From contig AP026164.1 of the NCBI GenBank assembly GCA_030295235.1, forward strand, positions 62,001 through 126,000: a stretch of DNA of 64,000 nt. The letters run 5' to 3'. A program made the position numbers and the translations under genes. The notes under the pieces are model-generated. The model had not been told where the DNA came from and searched no databases. It saw only the letters and a list, made by a program, of their open reading frames with translations. This DNA is from Fistulifera solaris. Taxonomy: Eukaryota. This document shows, in pieces, positions 46,714 to 59,598 of the stretch (positions are counted from its first letter, which is position 1; every line of letters begins with the position of its first letter).

Positions 46714-48042
46714 CTATGATTTGCGCGACAGAAAATAAGTAAGGCCTGCTGCTGTTGCGACGACTGCGCCAGCAAAAATCGCCAAACCCGTCAGCACTTC
46801 AGCATCTTCGTACCACTCAATCTCAGGCGTCTGTGTTAAATTTTTTGCAAATGAAACATTCTTTTTGGGCTTTTTGGGGCCTTGTTGTGTTGCAGTAGAT
46901 GCCGATGGCGACGCGAGCAGGGAAATCGGAGCTGTCTCCGAGGAAGGCTGTATTACTTGGCCATTATCCTGAGAGGCAGTCGTACGAGAGTCTTTCTTTC
47001 CATCTTTGGTTTCATTTTCATCTCGCACTGGTTTTGCAAACATCGCTTGTGCTCTTTGCTTTTCTTTTTGGAGCTGGGCTTTCTTTTTATCCTTGCAAAT
47101 CGCGTAGAGCTTCTTCACTTCCTTTCCGTTCAAAAGAAGCGACTTCACTGATGGGTCACCTTCCGGGATACTAGCAGTAAAAGAGAGAATCACATCTTGT
47201 GCTTTCTTCAATATATCCATCGCCTCTGCGCTTTCCCCCTTCTCCGACATGGACCTTGCTGTTATAAGATAGCTCTTTACTTTCCATTCTCCAAATATCT
47301 TGATGTCCGAAAATCCCTCTTGATTGAGAAATGTATGAATCTTTTTTCCCTTTTTCTCTTCAAGTGCTTCGATAAGGGAAAGTGCGCTCTTCGCGAATTT
47401 GATGGAATCATCCCATTTTTGTAATTGAGTGCAACATGTTCCCGCATTGTTGCTGCATGTGATCATTAAAACGAGCAAGTCGGCGCGCACTTCGTTCGAC
47501 GAATCTCTCTTGTGCTGCACATACCGTACCGCATCCACCGCATTTGAATACACATTGAGAGCCTTTTCATATTCCTTCCGCTGAAAAAAAGCAGTAGCCT
47601 CATTTTTTAATTCCTGACCATGTTCTACTTTTTCGTAGACGTTCATTTCATAAAGTTTCTTGGCGCGAACCACTCTCAAGCTCGACAAGGAAAGATAGCA
47701 TTGCACTCGAGATCTTCCCGCTAGTCTCCACGAAGAGAGAAAAACTACTGCCTGGTCATTGTTTCGTAGCTCCAAAACCTTGCCTCTACCGTACGTCGTT
47801 AAAACGTCGTCGCCAACAGCTGGCGAGACGGAAGGAAATTTCGTTGACGTGAATAAGGTTGCGGGTCTATTCGGTCCGGTATTTGTAGCCCTTCTCCAGT
47901 CAATAAGTTCAATTTCTTGCACGCCGTCGACATGTTTCCTCGTTCGTACGACCAGTCCTTTGCCGTACGGCGTTAGCACGAGTTGCTGATCCCTGTCTTC
48001 GGGGACATGTGCACCCGTCGCCGGAAAATTGAATGAAGACAT
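46714..48042 (-). CDS. TPR-domain protein with C-terminal tail-anchor helix
   Basis: TPR 'ELKNEATAFFQRKEYEKALNVYSNAV...CSNNAGTCCTQLQKWDDSIKFAKSAL'; repeated 'VLT(P/T)YG(K/R)G' motif; terminal TM 'VLTGLAIFAGAVVATAAGLTYFL' followed by SRKS. Confidence 0.8.
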   Translation of the reverse strand: MSSFNFPATGAHVPEDRDQQLVLTPYGKGLVVRTRKHVDGVQEIELIDWRRATNTGPNRPATLFTSTKFPSVSPAVGDDVLTTYGRGKVLELRNNDQAVVFLSSWRLAGRSRVQCYLSLSSLRVVRAKKLYEMNVYEKVEHGQELKNEATAFFQRKEYEKALNVYSNAVDAVRYVQHKRDSSNEVRADLLVLMITCSNNAGTCCTQLQKWDDSIKFAKSALSLIEALEEKKGKKIHTFLNQEGFSDIKIFGEWKVKSYLITARSMSEKGESAEAMDILKKAQDVILSFTASIPEGDPSVKSLLLNGKEVKKLYAICKDKKKAQLQKEKQRAQAMFAKPVRDENETKDGKKDSRTTASQDNGQVIQPSSETAPISLLASPSASTATQQGPKKPKKNVSFAKNLTQTPEIEWYEDAEVLTGLAIFAGAVVATAAGLTYFLSRKS

Positions 48043-49500
48043 AAGAAACGAAGAAGAAACGCAGCAGATGAGTAAGGAAGGGACTTCTTATGTTTTATTG
48101 CTAATGGCAAAAGAGATAACTTTTCGCGACGGCGACGAGAGCGATTGGGTCAGCATTCAGCATGCGTCCCGGTCTGTCCACTGGCCGATTAAAGATGCTG
48201 ACACAGCACGCAACAAATTTTCAGTCACGAGTTGTATGCGAAGTTTATTGATAGTGAATGCGGATACGGAGTAGATGAGATATACTTTGTCCCAACCAAA
48301 TGAGTTGATAACCTCTAGCAACGCCATCATCTTTATGATCTTAGCGGAGACGATCAACTTCATTTTTAATGCTTCAAATTAAAAAATACATTGCGAGACG
48401 AACGAAAGGAAAGCAGCTCTCAGACGTTGCAAGGGTGACGGTGCCTTTCCAAGTGTTGCGGGGGCTTTCCATGTGAATCATGGGGTCACATAGTGTGAGT
48501 GCACGCATCGACACGGATCCTGGTAACTGGTTGTAAATTACAGGCGTTTCCGGCTTCATGGGCACTTTGTTCCGTGCTGTCCAAGGGCTTCGCACTCAAC
48601 TTTATTCAATCGCAAACGCTGCTGCGTTCAGCTCTGGTCATGGCATTTCTAGTTCGCCATTCGAATTGAATTTAAAAAGATGGACCTACGATAAAAGTCG
48701 GCCGATGAAGTAGGTAATCGCCATGTTATCAACCGTCTCTCTCAAATCCATTCAGTCGACTTCGCTCTGCAATCAAAGTAGACTTCATGGAAAAGCTGAA
48801 GAGCGCGATTCGTGTGAGTTGTTCTGCAATCCGCTTTTCTTCGCTAGCATTCGACGAACTTTGAAAAATTGAGCACGGGGACGGGACCCGCGGAAGTGAT
48901 GAAAGAATTGGTTCAGCTTTTTGTTTCAACTCTTTCAACGCATGGCAAGTGGCGAGTGGCGAAAGTTCTAAAAGGGCGCGAATTCTAGAATGTTGAATGC
49001 CATAGAAAAAGTACTGGTCCACGTGCAAAAGTGTCATCACTTTAAGTTTCATAGGTATAGCTATAGTACTGTGATAGGTAATAGGGCAAAGAATAAAGAA
49101 TAGAAATCACTCTTGCTAGAATTAGTCAGTCATCAGTCAGTCCGAGAAATTTTAATTTTAAAAAACAAATATATACGTAGTACTAATATTTTCCTGGTTG
49201 TGAGTGCCGTGTGACTGTTCAAAAATGTTACCACAGTGAAAGAGGCTTTGATTTTTTGTTCTTGTTTTCCAGTCGTTTTGGCCCAATTTGTCAACGGCTC
49301 TGCCATAATTTTTTCATGCACTGAAATACTTATAGTGAAAGCATTCGTTCTTTTCCTCTCACACGATTATTCTGCTGCGGCGCGCGATTCCTAACATGGC
49401 GATAGTAAGAATTGAATACCACTCGCAGCGCTCTTTTTGTCGTCAATGCATCTCAACGAATAACTCCCGCACCACGAAATCAAAATATCCCACCAAGACG

Positions 49501-52500
49501 ATGAGGAACATGATGATGAAGCGGCTTTTACCAATAGCGCTCTCCATACTTAGAGTAACTTATATAATAGCCATGCCTTCGAGGCGGCTAATATGGGGAG
49601 TTGATCCAAATTACGCAAATGAATTCAATTCACTGGTCGCCGCTTCCGATTTCGTCATCTCGCAAGGCGTTCAAGTAGGAAACGATACAGTAGAAGGGCT
49701 TCCCACAATAACATTTGATGAAGCAGGAGACTGGGCTGCGTATTCACTCAATCTACAAAATGCTAGCGCTTACGAGCTTCAGGTGCGAGTAGCCAGTCCG
49801 ATTGGCGAAGGAGCATTCGTCGTTGGGAACCTGGAAAAGCAAGAGCTCTATGCTACCGTGAATTCTCTTCCTGCAACGGGAGACCTTGCCAATTCCGCGT
49901 CAATCACCCTTCCGCTTACGCTACCTGCTGGAAACTTTACACTCCAGATTGGAGCTATACGGCCTGGCTGGAGTTTAATCTGGATGTCTCTCGAAGAGCT
50001 TGCTTTCAACTCATCACAAACAGAAGTTCCTCTTTCACCAGTATTCGTGTCGAACGCAGCGAACTTCTCAGCAATGGATGGAATCACAACCGGAACATTA
50101 GCTGATGGGTCTTCATTCATTGGGTTTCTCGACCCATCAGATTGGGTCTCATACAATGTAATGCTTCCTTTCACCGGTACATACAGAGTCGACGTCAGCG
50201 TCGCGAGTCCGGAAGGTGCTGGATCCTTTCAAGTAGCTAATATGATGACAAGAGAAGTGTACGGCACTTTTGACGATCTCCCTGCGTCTGGCGATTGGAC
50301 GGTATGGAGAACAGCGAGCGCGATTATTGGACTACCCGAAGGCGAATGGATGATGGAATTGACATTTTTGGAAACTGGAATGAATATAAAATCGGTGACG
50401 ATTTCACCTATAGAATCTGTGCCATCAGAAGCACCGGTAAACGAATCCTCTGTGGTGCCAAGCCTTCCACCAGAAACAGAGGTGCCGGTGATACCTAACG
50501 TTTCAAAGAATAGCTCCTACATCGTACCAGACGATGCTTATTCCATAACTATACCAGCGTCAATGTACGCTTCTATGGATGGCGTCGAAATGGGGGTTTC
50601 ACCTGGTGGGGAATCGATTATTGAATCGCTCGATCCGGGTGATTGGATTGCCTTTCCAGTATCGCTGCCGAAAGCCGGTCCGTTTATGATGGAAATGAAC
50701 TTTTCCAGCCCCAGCGGCGAAGGCAGCTTTGAAGTCTACAATCTGATAACTCGTGAGCTGTATACCAGGTTCGATCGACTAGCTGCTGATCAAAACGTTT
50801 CTCAATTCAGTGCGGTCAGCGCTGTAGTAATACTTCCTGAAGGTGATTTTTTCTCGAGATCAGTGTCATCGAAGGAGGATGGAAACTACGGGATTTGTCA
50901 CTCGTGGAGCTCGAGGAAATATCAATGTCAAATTCAACACTGCCCCCCGTACCGTTGTTTATGCAAAGTATACAAGCTGTCAATTACTCCTCTATGAACG
51001 GCATAACAATCTCTGAAGACAAGAAAGGCAACCAAGTTGTAAGCGACTTCGATGCCGGCGACTGGGTTGCTTACCCATTAAATCTACCATATGATGGAAC
51101 CTACCGGTTAAAAGTTAATGTAGCTAGTCCCCAAGGCCAAGGCTCTTTCACTGTGGAAAATTTTGAGACGGAACAAGAGTACAAATTGATTGACAGTTTG
51201 GTGTCTAGCGGAATGTGGGAGAATTATACCACGGTTGATACCTTTTTGGTTTTACCAGCTGGTCTGTGGACCGTGAAAATTCATGCCATGGAACCGGGCT
51301 GGAATTTAAAGTGGTTAACCCTGTCGAAGGATGGTGAAATACAACCATCCGATTTCAATATCACGATTCCGGCAATCGACTACAACGACATGATTGGTAT
51401 TGAAGTTCAAGATATGGCCAATGGAGAACCCTATGTTGGGTTCATAGATCCTGGTGATTCTCTCTCATACGAGCTGACACTCCCTACACGAGGAATATAT
51501 TCGATGCAATTAAGGGTCGCCACACCACTGGGGGGAAGGAAGGATAGCCATCTCAGACAAGAATACGACGGAGGACTACGGCATCGTGACCAATTTCCCG
51601 CCGACGGGCGACTGGAACACCTTTGAGATGTTTTCGACAGAGCTTGAGCTTCCAGGTGGAGCATGGACAATGCAAATGGAGTTTCTCGAAGGAGGCTTCA
51701 ATTTAGAGATGTTAGGCCTTACACTACTCCAAGTAATCGAAACAGATCCCCCGACAGTAGCGCCGTCGATAGCGCCCACTGTTGAGCCGCTTTTTAGTGT
51801 TATGATTTCCGCCGTCGACTACAACGACATGATTGGTATTGAAGTTCAAGATATGGCCAATGGAGAACCCTATGTTGGGTTCATAGATCCTGGTGATTCT
51901 CTCTCATACGAGCTGACACTCCCTACACGAGGAATATATTCGATGCAATTAAGGGTCGCCACACCACTGGGGGAAGGAAGGATAGCCATCTCAGACAAGA
52001 ATACGACGGAGGACTACGGCATCGTGACCAATTTCCCGCCGACGGGCGACTGGAACACCTTTGAGATGTTTTCGACAGAGCTTGAGCTTCCAGGTGGAGC
52101 ATGGACAATGCAAATGGAGTTTCTCGAAGGAGGCTTCAATTTAGAGATGTTAGGCCTTACACTACTCCAAGTAATCGAAACAGATCCCCCGACAGTAGCG
52201 CCGTCGATAGCGCCCACTGCTGAGCCTCTCTTCCGTCTCACGATCCCTGCTGTGAACTTTACGTACATGGAAGGAATTGCAGTGCAGGAAACAGATGGAG
52301 GGGATCCTTTTGTAGGATTCATCGATGCTGGAGATTCCGTTGCATACAGGATAGATCTTCCTGCTCGTGGCGTCTATATACTCCAGGCAAGGCTGGCTAG
52401 TCCAGTTGGTGAAGGGTTGTTTACGGTATCTGACTGGGAGTCTTTTGAGGAATATGCTTTCGTTGATCAATTTCCACCAAGCGGTGACTGGGAATCATTC

Positions 52501-55500
52501 GGGATTCTTTCGAAAGAAGTTGAACTACCAGGGGGGGAGTGGACAATGCAGATTGAATTTTTAGAGCCTGGATTCAACTTAGAAAGATTGATTTTAACGT
52601 TGATGGAAGAAATCGAAACTGAACCGCCGATAAGTGACATGCCAACGATGGTTCCGTCCGCTATATCACTCAGCTCCGCACCATCCGTAGAATCCCTCTT
52701 TAATGTTATGATTTCCGCCGTCGACTACAGCGATATGATTGGTATTGAAGTTCAAGATATGGCCAATGGAGAACCCTATGTTGGGTTCATAGATCCTGGT
52801 GATTCTCTCTCATACGAGCTGACACTCCCTACACGAGGAATATATTCGATGCAATTAAGGGTCGCCACACCACTGGGGGGAAGGAAGGATAGCCATCTCA
52901 GACAAGAATACGACGGAGGACTACGGCATCGTGACCAATTTCCCGCCGACGGGCGACTGGAACACCTTTGAGATGTTTTCGACAGAGCTTGAGCTTCCAG
53001 GTGGAGCATGGACAATGCAAATGGAGTTTCTCGAAGGAGGCTTCAACTTAGAGATGTTAGGCCTTACACTACTCCAAGTAATCGAAACAGATCCCCCGAC
53101 AGTAGCGCCGTCGATAGCGCCCACTGCTGAGCCTCTCTTCCGTCTCACGATCCCTGCTGTGAACTTTACGTACATGGAAGGAATTGCAGTGCAGGAAACA
53201 GCTGAGGGACAAACTTTCGTGGGGTATATCGACGCAGGCGATTCTATTGCTTACAATTTGAACCTTCCAGCACGTGGAATTTATTCGATCCAATTAAGGG
53301 TCGCTACACCACTGGGCGAAGGAAGAATAGCACTTTCCGACTGGGAAACGTTTCTTGATTATGGCATGATAAGGGACTTTTCGTCGACAGGCGACTGGAA
53401 CACTTTTGAGATGTTTTCGACAGAGCTTGAGCTTCCCGGTGGAGTATGGACCATGCTAATGGATTTCCTGGAAGGTGGCTTCAACTTCCAAATGCTAAGT
53501 CTCACACTACTCCAGATCGTTGAGACAGATCCTCCGACAATAGCACCATCGCTAGCGCCAACGGTGGAGCCTCTCTTCCGCCTCACCATCCCTGCTGTGA
53601 ACTTTACGTTTATGGAAGGTATCGCCGTGCAGGAATCAGCCGAGGGAGATACGTTTGTCGGATATATTGACCCCGGTGACTCTGTGGCTTACGCTTTAAA
53701 ACTACCAACACGAGGAATATATTCGATGCAATTAAGGGTCGCCACACCACTGGGCACAGGGCGAATTGCGATCTCAGACCTTGATACGATGGAGGCCTAC
53801 GGATTAGTAAGCGAATTTCCGCCAACAGGAGACTGGGACACCTTCGAGCTGTTTTCGACAGAGCTTGAGCTTCCAGGTGGAGCATGGACAATGCAAATGG
53901 AGTTTCTCAAAGGAGGCTTCAACTTAGAGATGTTAGGCCTTACACTACTCCAAGTAATCGAAACAGATCCCCCGACAGTAGCGCCGTCGATAGCGCCCAC
54001 TGCTGAGCCTCTCTTCCGTCTCACGATCCCTGCTGTGAACTTTACATACATGGAGGGTATTGCAGTACAAGAAACAGTTGAGGGAGAGACTTTTGTGGGA
54101 TATATTGACGCCGGCGACTCTGTTGCTTACGATTTGAACCTTCCAGCACGAGGAATATATTCCATTCAACTGCTTGTTGCGAGTCCTTTAGGCTCGGGGC
54201 AAATTGCAATCTCCGATTGGGAAACCTTTCAAGAGTACGGACTTTTGACTGCATTTCCTGCAAGTGGCGATTGGAACAATTTCTTATTGTTAACGGCAGA
54301 GCTTGAGCTTCCGGGTGGTGTATGGACTATGCAAATGGAATTTGTAGAGGCTGGTTTTAATTTCCAGGCGATTGGTCTCACATTGCTTAAAATTATTGGG
54401 ACAAGTCCGCCAAATATGTCACCTACTACATCGTCGGCGCCTAACGCTTCACCCACTTCGCCTGTAACGTTTGACCTTCTAATACCAGCTGCTAGCTACT
54501 TGTACATGGAAGGAGTGACAGTTCAAAACTCTTCGGAAGGCACTGCGTTCCTTGCTGGGTTGGACACTGGTGACTCTGTTGCATATGCTGTGTCGATTCC
54601 AGCTAGTGGATTGTACAAGCTTCAAGCAAGTGTGGGAAGTCTTGTTGGTGATGGTAAATTTGTCGTCGCCAATTGGGTAACATTTGAAGAATACGCGTTC
54701 ATTGATGAGTTACCATCTACGGGAGATTTGTCACAGTTTGATCTTGTTACAACAGATTTTGATCTTCCTAAGGGCCCCTTGATCATACAGATAGAGGTCA
54801 TTGAACCTGGCTTCTCTCTTGAATCGTTGAGATTTTCCAGCACCGAGGCTCAGACCACCACCCCTATCGAGACGATACAGCCCTCGGGAAATTTCACTTA
54901 CGATCCGACTGAAATACCTACCGAAGTTCCGACGCAAATTCCATTGTTTTCTCTTGAGATTCCTGCCGTGAACTTCACCTACATGGACGGCATTTCTATT
55001 GAAGAAACGACCGAAGGAGTCCCATTTGTTGGATACATCGATCTAGGAGATAGCGTGTCATATTCTGTTTTGTTACCATTCGCTGGTTCTTACAGACTGC
55101 AATTGAACGTTGCAAGCCCTGAGGGCACAGGTCAAATGAAGATTTCTAACTGGGAAACATTTGAAGACTATGGAATGATAGGTAATTTTCCGGCCACCGC
55201 CGATTGGGTAACCTATGAAAAAGCATTCACTGACTTGGAACTTCCCGGTGGGGAACTAATTCTTCATTTTGAAGTAGTGGAGCCTGGTTTTAATCTGGAG
55301 TCCCTGGTCATCTCATTGCTCGAAGCAATCCAAACCCTTGCCCCTTCAGAATCCGGCAGCAATCCTCCTCTCTTTTATATCGATATTCCTGTTGAGGACT
55401 TTTTGTACTTCGAGAATGTGGAAGTTTTAAATTTCGAAGGAGAACCATACCTCGGCTCTTTAGCGCCAGGTAGTTCTGTAGCTTATTCTGTCGAACTTCC

Positions 55501-56595
55501 GTCAGCCGGTGCGTATAAGCTCCACTCGGGCGTCGGTAGTCCTGATGGCAAGGGGCATTTGGCGTTTCGAATTGGGAAACGTGGACTGAATATGCTTTCA
55601 TCAACAACCTTCCGGCGACTGGAAGCTTGACTTCATGGGAAACGGTTTCTACCGATCTAAGTCTTCCGGCAGGAGATATCATACTGCAGATTGAAATATA
55701 CGAAGGTGGATTTACCTTACAATCATTAGCGCTTGAGCTGACAGAAGATTTGGAGACAAATGTTCCGATCGGCCCAATCGAGACCAAAGCTCCAATAGGA
55801 CCTGGTGAGAGCCTAAGCCCAACTCGAAGCCCAATAGGCTTTAATGAAACCATGTCGCCGACCGGCCCCGAACCGAATCCGGAAACAGCGGTCCCAACTG
55901 TAACCCAGACAGAAGCTCCTGAGTTTTTCCTCTTTATTCCTGCACCAAACTATACGTCTTCGAATGGTGACTTTGGTTTAGAGACTGCCGAAGACGGAAC
56001 TCAAAATGTTGCTTTTCTTGATCCTGGAGACTGGCTTGGCTATGACATATCTCTGCCATATGAAGGGCGGTACAAACTGGAAGCCAACATAGCGAGCCAA
56101 GCTGGTAATGGTTCGTTCGTTGTGACGAATGTCGAAACCCAAGAAGAGTACGCGTTTGTAGACAATCTCCCTGTTACAGGTGACTGGAACGTGTACGAGT
56201 CCACAACAACAGAAGTAACTCTTCCGGACGGAGATTTCACTTTGCAAATTTTTATTGTTGAATCAGGCTTTAATATACGATGGTTCTCCTTGGAGCTTCT
56301 TGAAGCCACTGGAGGGGGCGGAGGAGGATCGTCGAAATCATCCTCATCCTCGAAAAAATCTAAGAAGTCAAAGAAATCGAAGAAATCAAAGTCATCGTCG
56401 TCGTCCACAGAGAGCAGTGGCAAAGCATCTAAGAAAGTAAGCAGTGGCAAAGCATCGAAGAATGTAAGCAGCGACACACAGAGCAGCGGCAAAGCATCTA
56501 AACAAACAAGTAGTGGCAAAGCATCCAAAAAGGGCTCAGTGGCTTCCCGCCAGTTGAAAAAAAAATCAAGGCGACGGAGTTTTGCAAACAGGTAG
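49501..56595 (+). CDS. Giant secreted protein (~2360 aa) with ~15 tandem CBM6-like modules, Pro/Thr/Ser linkers and a Ser/Lys-rich KXXK tail
   Basis: Signal peptide then RRL. 15 modules with consensus A..Y..M.G...VGFID.GD...Y.L.LP..G.Y....RVASP.G.G...P.TGDW..F...GFNL. ORF pieces join through four 1-nt frameshifts (~50850, 51530, 52875, ~55560). Tail KKSKKSKKSKKSK, then (SSGKASK)x4, then RQL. Confidence 0.85.
51370..54045 (+). repeat. Near-identical ~438-bp intragenic repeats encoding CBM6 modules
   Basis: About 51377-51780, 51815-52218 and 52721-53125 are almost identical at DNA level; partial copies recur to about 54045. Confidence 0.9.
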
Positions 56596-56782
56596 ATGTA
56601 GTATATTTTGCTACATCACAAGCTATCTATGACCCACTCAAAAACAATTATGAAACGACCGCACTCCCACGGGAGAAACCTACATGTCCTGTATGTACAG
56701 TTAAAATATAAAATTATTGACGTTGAAACTACCATTAAGGTGTGATAATATGACCCACCTTCATTACCACCATTTCGGCAAC

Positions 56783-59598
56783 TCAAATAGCGTAATTGGG
56801 GTGAACGGCAAGAGGTGTGTTTGCTTCTTCCTGCCTGTTACCTGGCATGGGCCCAACGGTGACGAGGACGTGATCGGTATTGACGAGTCGTCGTAAAACA
56901 AGGTTAACCTTCTTCCTCGTAGCTTCCAAGGCCTCAACAGAATCGCCTAGATCCGATTCGACCTGTCTTAAATACCACTCTACTACATCCTTCCATTTCC
57001 AGTAAACTGGGTCACCTTCGTCGTCGTCTGACTCCAACGATCTCAGCTGCGTCGCTATCATATGCGCGATAGCCTCGTACTCTTCAAACGAGATCTTTGT
57101 CTTTTTCTTCTCTCTCCTAGAACGAGACTGTTCCGTGGGTTCGTACTCGCCTGGTCTTTGAGATTCCGCTTCGTCCCCGTGAAGTGGCGCATCCTCGGGA
57201 TTATCTTCCCCATCATCGTCGCCACCATTGCCATGTTCATCACCTTCGTCTACCGCGACATCCGACGTCTCTACCCTCAAAATGCTGGTTTTTAGTAAGC
57301 GAAATGCTTTGTTCACATAGTCGGGTTGGATTTCAGAATCACAATGTAACCGCGCCAATGCTTCGGATAGCCGAATCAACGACTCTAGCTGACGCACAGT
57401 AATACGATACGCTGAGCGACTGGCACCCAGACTATCACTTTGACGTAGTCTTCGATAGCAATCCACCAGAACGCGCTGAGAAGCCGGCGTAATCTTCGGA
57501 TGAATGGTCCGAGCAAAACGAATGTAGCGTTGGATTTGCTCCATCGTATAAGGTGCCGTGACGAGCGTTTCTTTGCACCTATGAACGTTCAAGATGTGTT
57601 GCGCAACGCGACGGTCGGTTGCTGGATTGCAATCATCCAGAACGACAAAGAACAAGTCGAAACGAGAAAGAATCGGTGCACTGAGCGCGACATTTGCGCT
57701 CAAAGTCTTGCTGCGATCGTATCTTCCGTACACAGGATTGGCAGCCGCAAGGATGCTAGCCCTGGCGTTCAAAGTTGCCTGAATACCTGCTTTAGTGATA
57801 CTGATCGTCTGTTGTTCCATAGCCTCATGGATAGCCACCTGATCGGACGGATCCATCTTATCAAACTCGTCAATGCAACAGATTCCATTGTCAGCAAGAA
57901 GCAATGCACCAGCCTCAATGCCATATTCTCCCGTATCCGAGTCTCTCTGAACAGCCGCCGTTAAACCTGCTGCACTACTTGCCTTTCCCACACAGTAGAC
58001 GCTGCGATTACTAAAGGCGTGCACATACTTGAGAAACTGTGACTTGGCAGTGCTGGGGTCTCCCACAATGCAAAGATTAATATCACCACGGAGCTTCAAG
58101 CCATCCGGAGCCGTCTTGTGCACACCTCCCAGTAGTTGCAATAGAATTCCTTTCTTAATCTCGAGATGACCTGCTGTATTGGGACAGATGGACTGCGCCA
58201 ATAGCTCGTACAAATTCGGCGTACTACGCATATCGCGTATTTCTTGTCGTTGCTGCGGAGTGAGTTCCAATACGACCTGCTCGGGAGTATCTTCTTGCGG
58301 CTCTACTCCATTGACCCAGAGGTTGACTTTGTTGCTTTTTTCGGAAGCACCGAGAATACTGCTCACTAAGAAGCACGTACGATACGTCAATTCCTTGACA
58401 CCAATGGCTTGCAATCCCCGCACACCCGTACTGTCGGTATTTTGATTGGAAATACTGCGCGGAGCTTCTCCCGCTCGAGCCAGTGCCCCACCATCGGGAA
58501 TGACGACCCAACTTCCCGTGAGTATGACCGTATCACCCGCCTTGCAGCGCTCGACCATTTCGCCGCGGCAAAAGACATCCATACTACGTGGCATGCTTCC
58601 GGGGGTATCTCATGACTCAATTCTTGGACTCGCAACTTTTGCCAATCGACAAATTCCGACATGCTGGTTTCTAATGTAAAGTGCCGCTTGTTTTTACAAC
58701 GAGGATTGCGACAGCGCGTAGGACGTGTGTAATGGAATTGTTGTTGAATGGCTTGTGAAACCAGCCCGCAGTCTTGACAGCGAAAGACTCCTTGCAAGAG
58801 TTCGGGACGAACTTCACTACTGCGTGTGACGGTTCCTTTGACACTGACCAGGCTTCCAATTTGTTCCATGCGCAAATGACGCAATTTTCCGAGAACGGGT
58901 AAATCATGAATGGCGACAAAGAAACTCTTGTGCGTATGCAATTCGGGATGTTGATAATGAATAAATTGCGTCAATCCTTTGCGAAGAAAGGGCTCGAAAC
59001 GAATGAATTCAGCTTGTACAGCCTCCGCTAGATCATAATCGTGTCGTTGCAAATGGGAGAAATCAATCAATAACGTATACACGAGTTGATTTTGATTTCC
59101 CCGATCTTCATCGGTTTCCTGTTCTAAGAGTTTGCGGGCAATCCGTGACGCTTGATCGACGTAAGGATAGTATTGTGTTTCTTCGTAATCACCATCCGCA
59201 GTCTCGACTGTCGTCTGTTCCGAACTATATAAATAAAGAAGGAAAAGAATGAGTGAGTGAGAAAAGGAAAAGGAAATCCTATACATGCATGCATGCATGT
59301 ATGCATGAATGAATGAATACGGAGTCAATGACACCAATGACACTTACAAAGTATCAAGAAACGCCATGAATCGTTCTTTCACAATTTCACCATTCGGATC
59401 CGTGACTTCCGGTTCTACAACAACCGCTTCATCGGCTTCGCGTCGTTCGGGTTGCGGCATGGCCGCTACTTCCGCCATCGCTTCTGCTTGCTCTCGTGTC
59501 GGAATCGCGGCAGCTCCTTCTTCTTCTTCTTCTCCTCCTCCTCCTCTTCCTCCTGTTTCATTCTCTTCTTGCGTACGTACAGACGCCACTGAAGCCAT
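56783..59598 (-). CDS. MCM6: DNA replication licensing factor MCM6
   Basis: 'GTVTRSSEVRPEL...FRCQDC', 'FVDWQKLRVQE', 'RGDINLCIVGDPSTAKSQFLKY', 'IEAGALLLADNGICCIDEFDKM', 'ILSRFDLFF', 'YRITVRQLESLIRLSEA'. Intron 59225-59347; frameshift near 58600. Confidence 0.95.

Noticed and set aside
194..59598. Frameshifts in most long genes, suggesting mass pseudogenisation or programmed frameshifting
   Set aside because: They are single-base indels, mostly at homopolymers, and they hit essential genes (MCM6, hemH) that otherwise have no premature stops and keep conserved motifs. This is typical of uncorrected long-read error.
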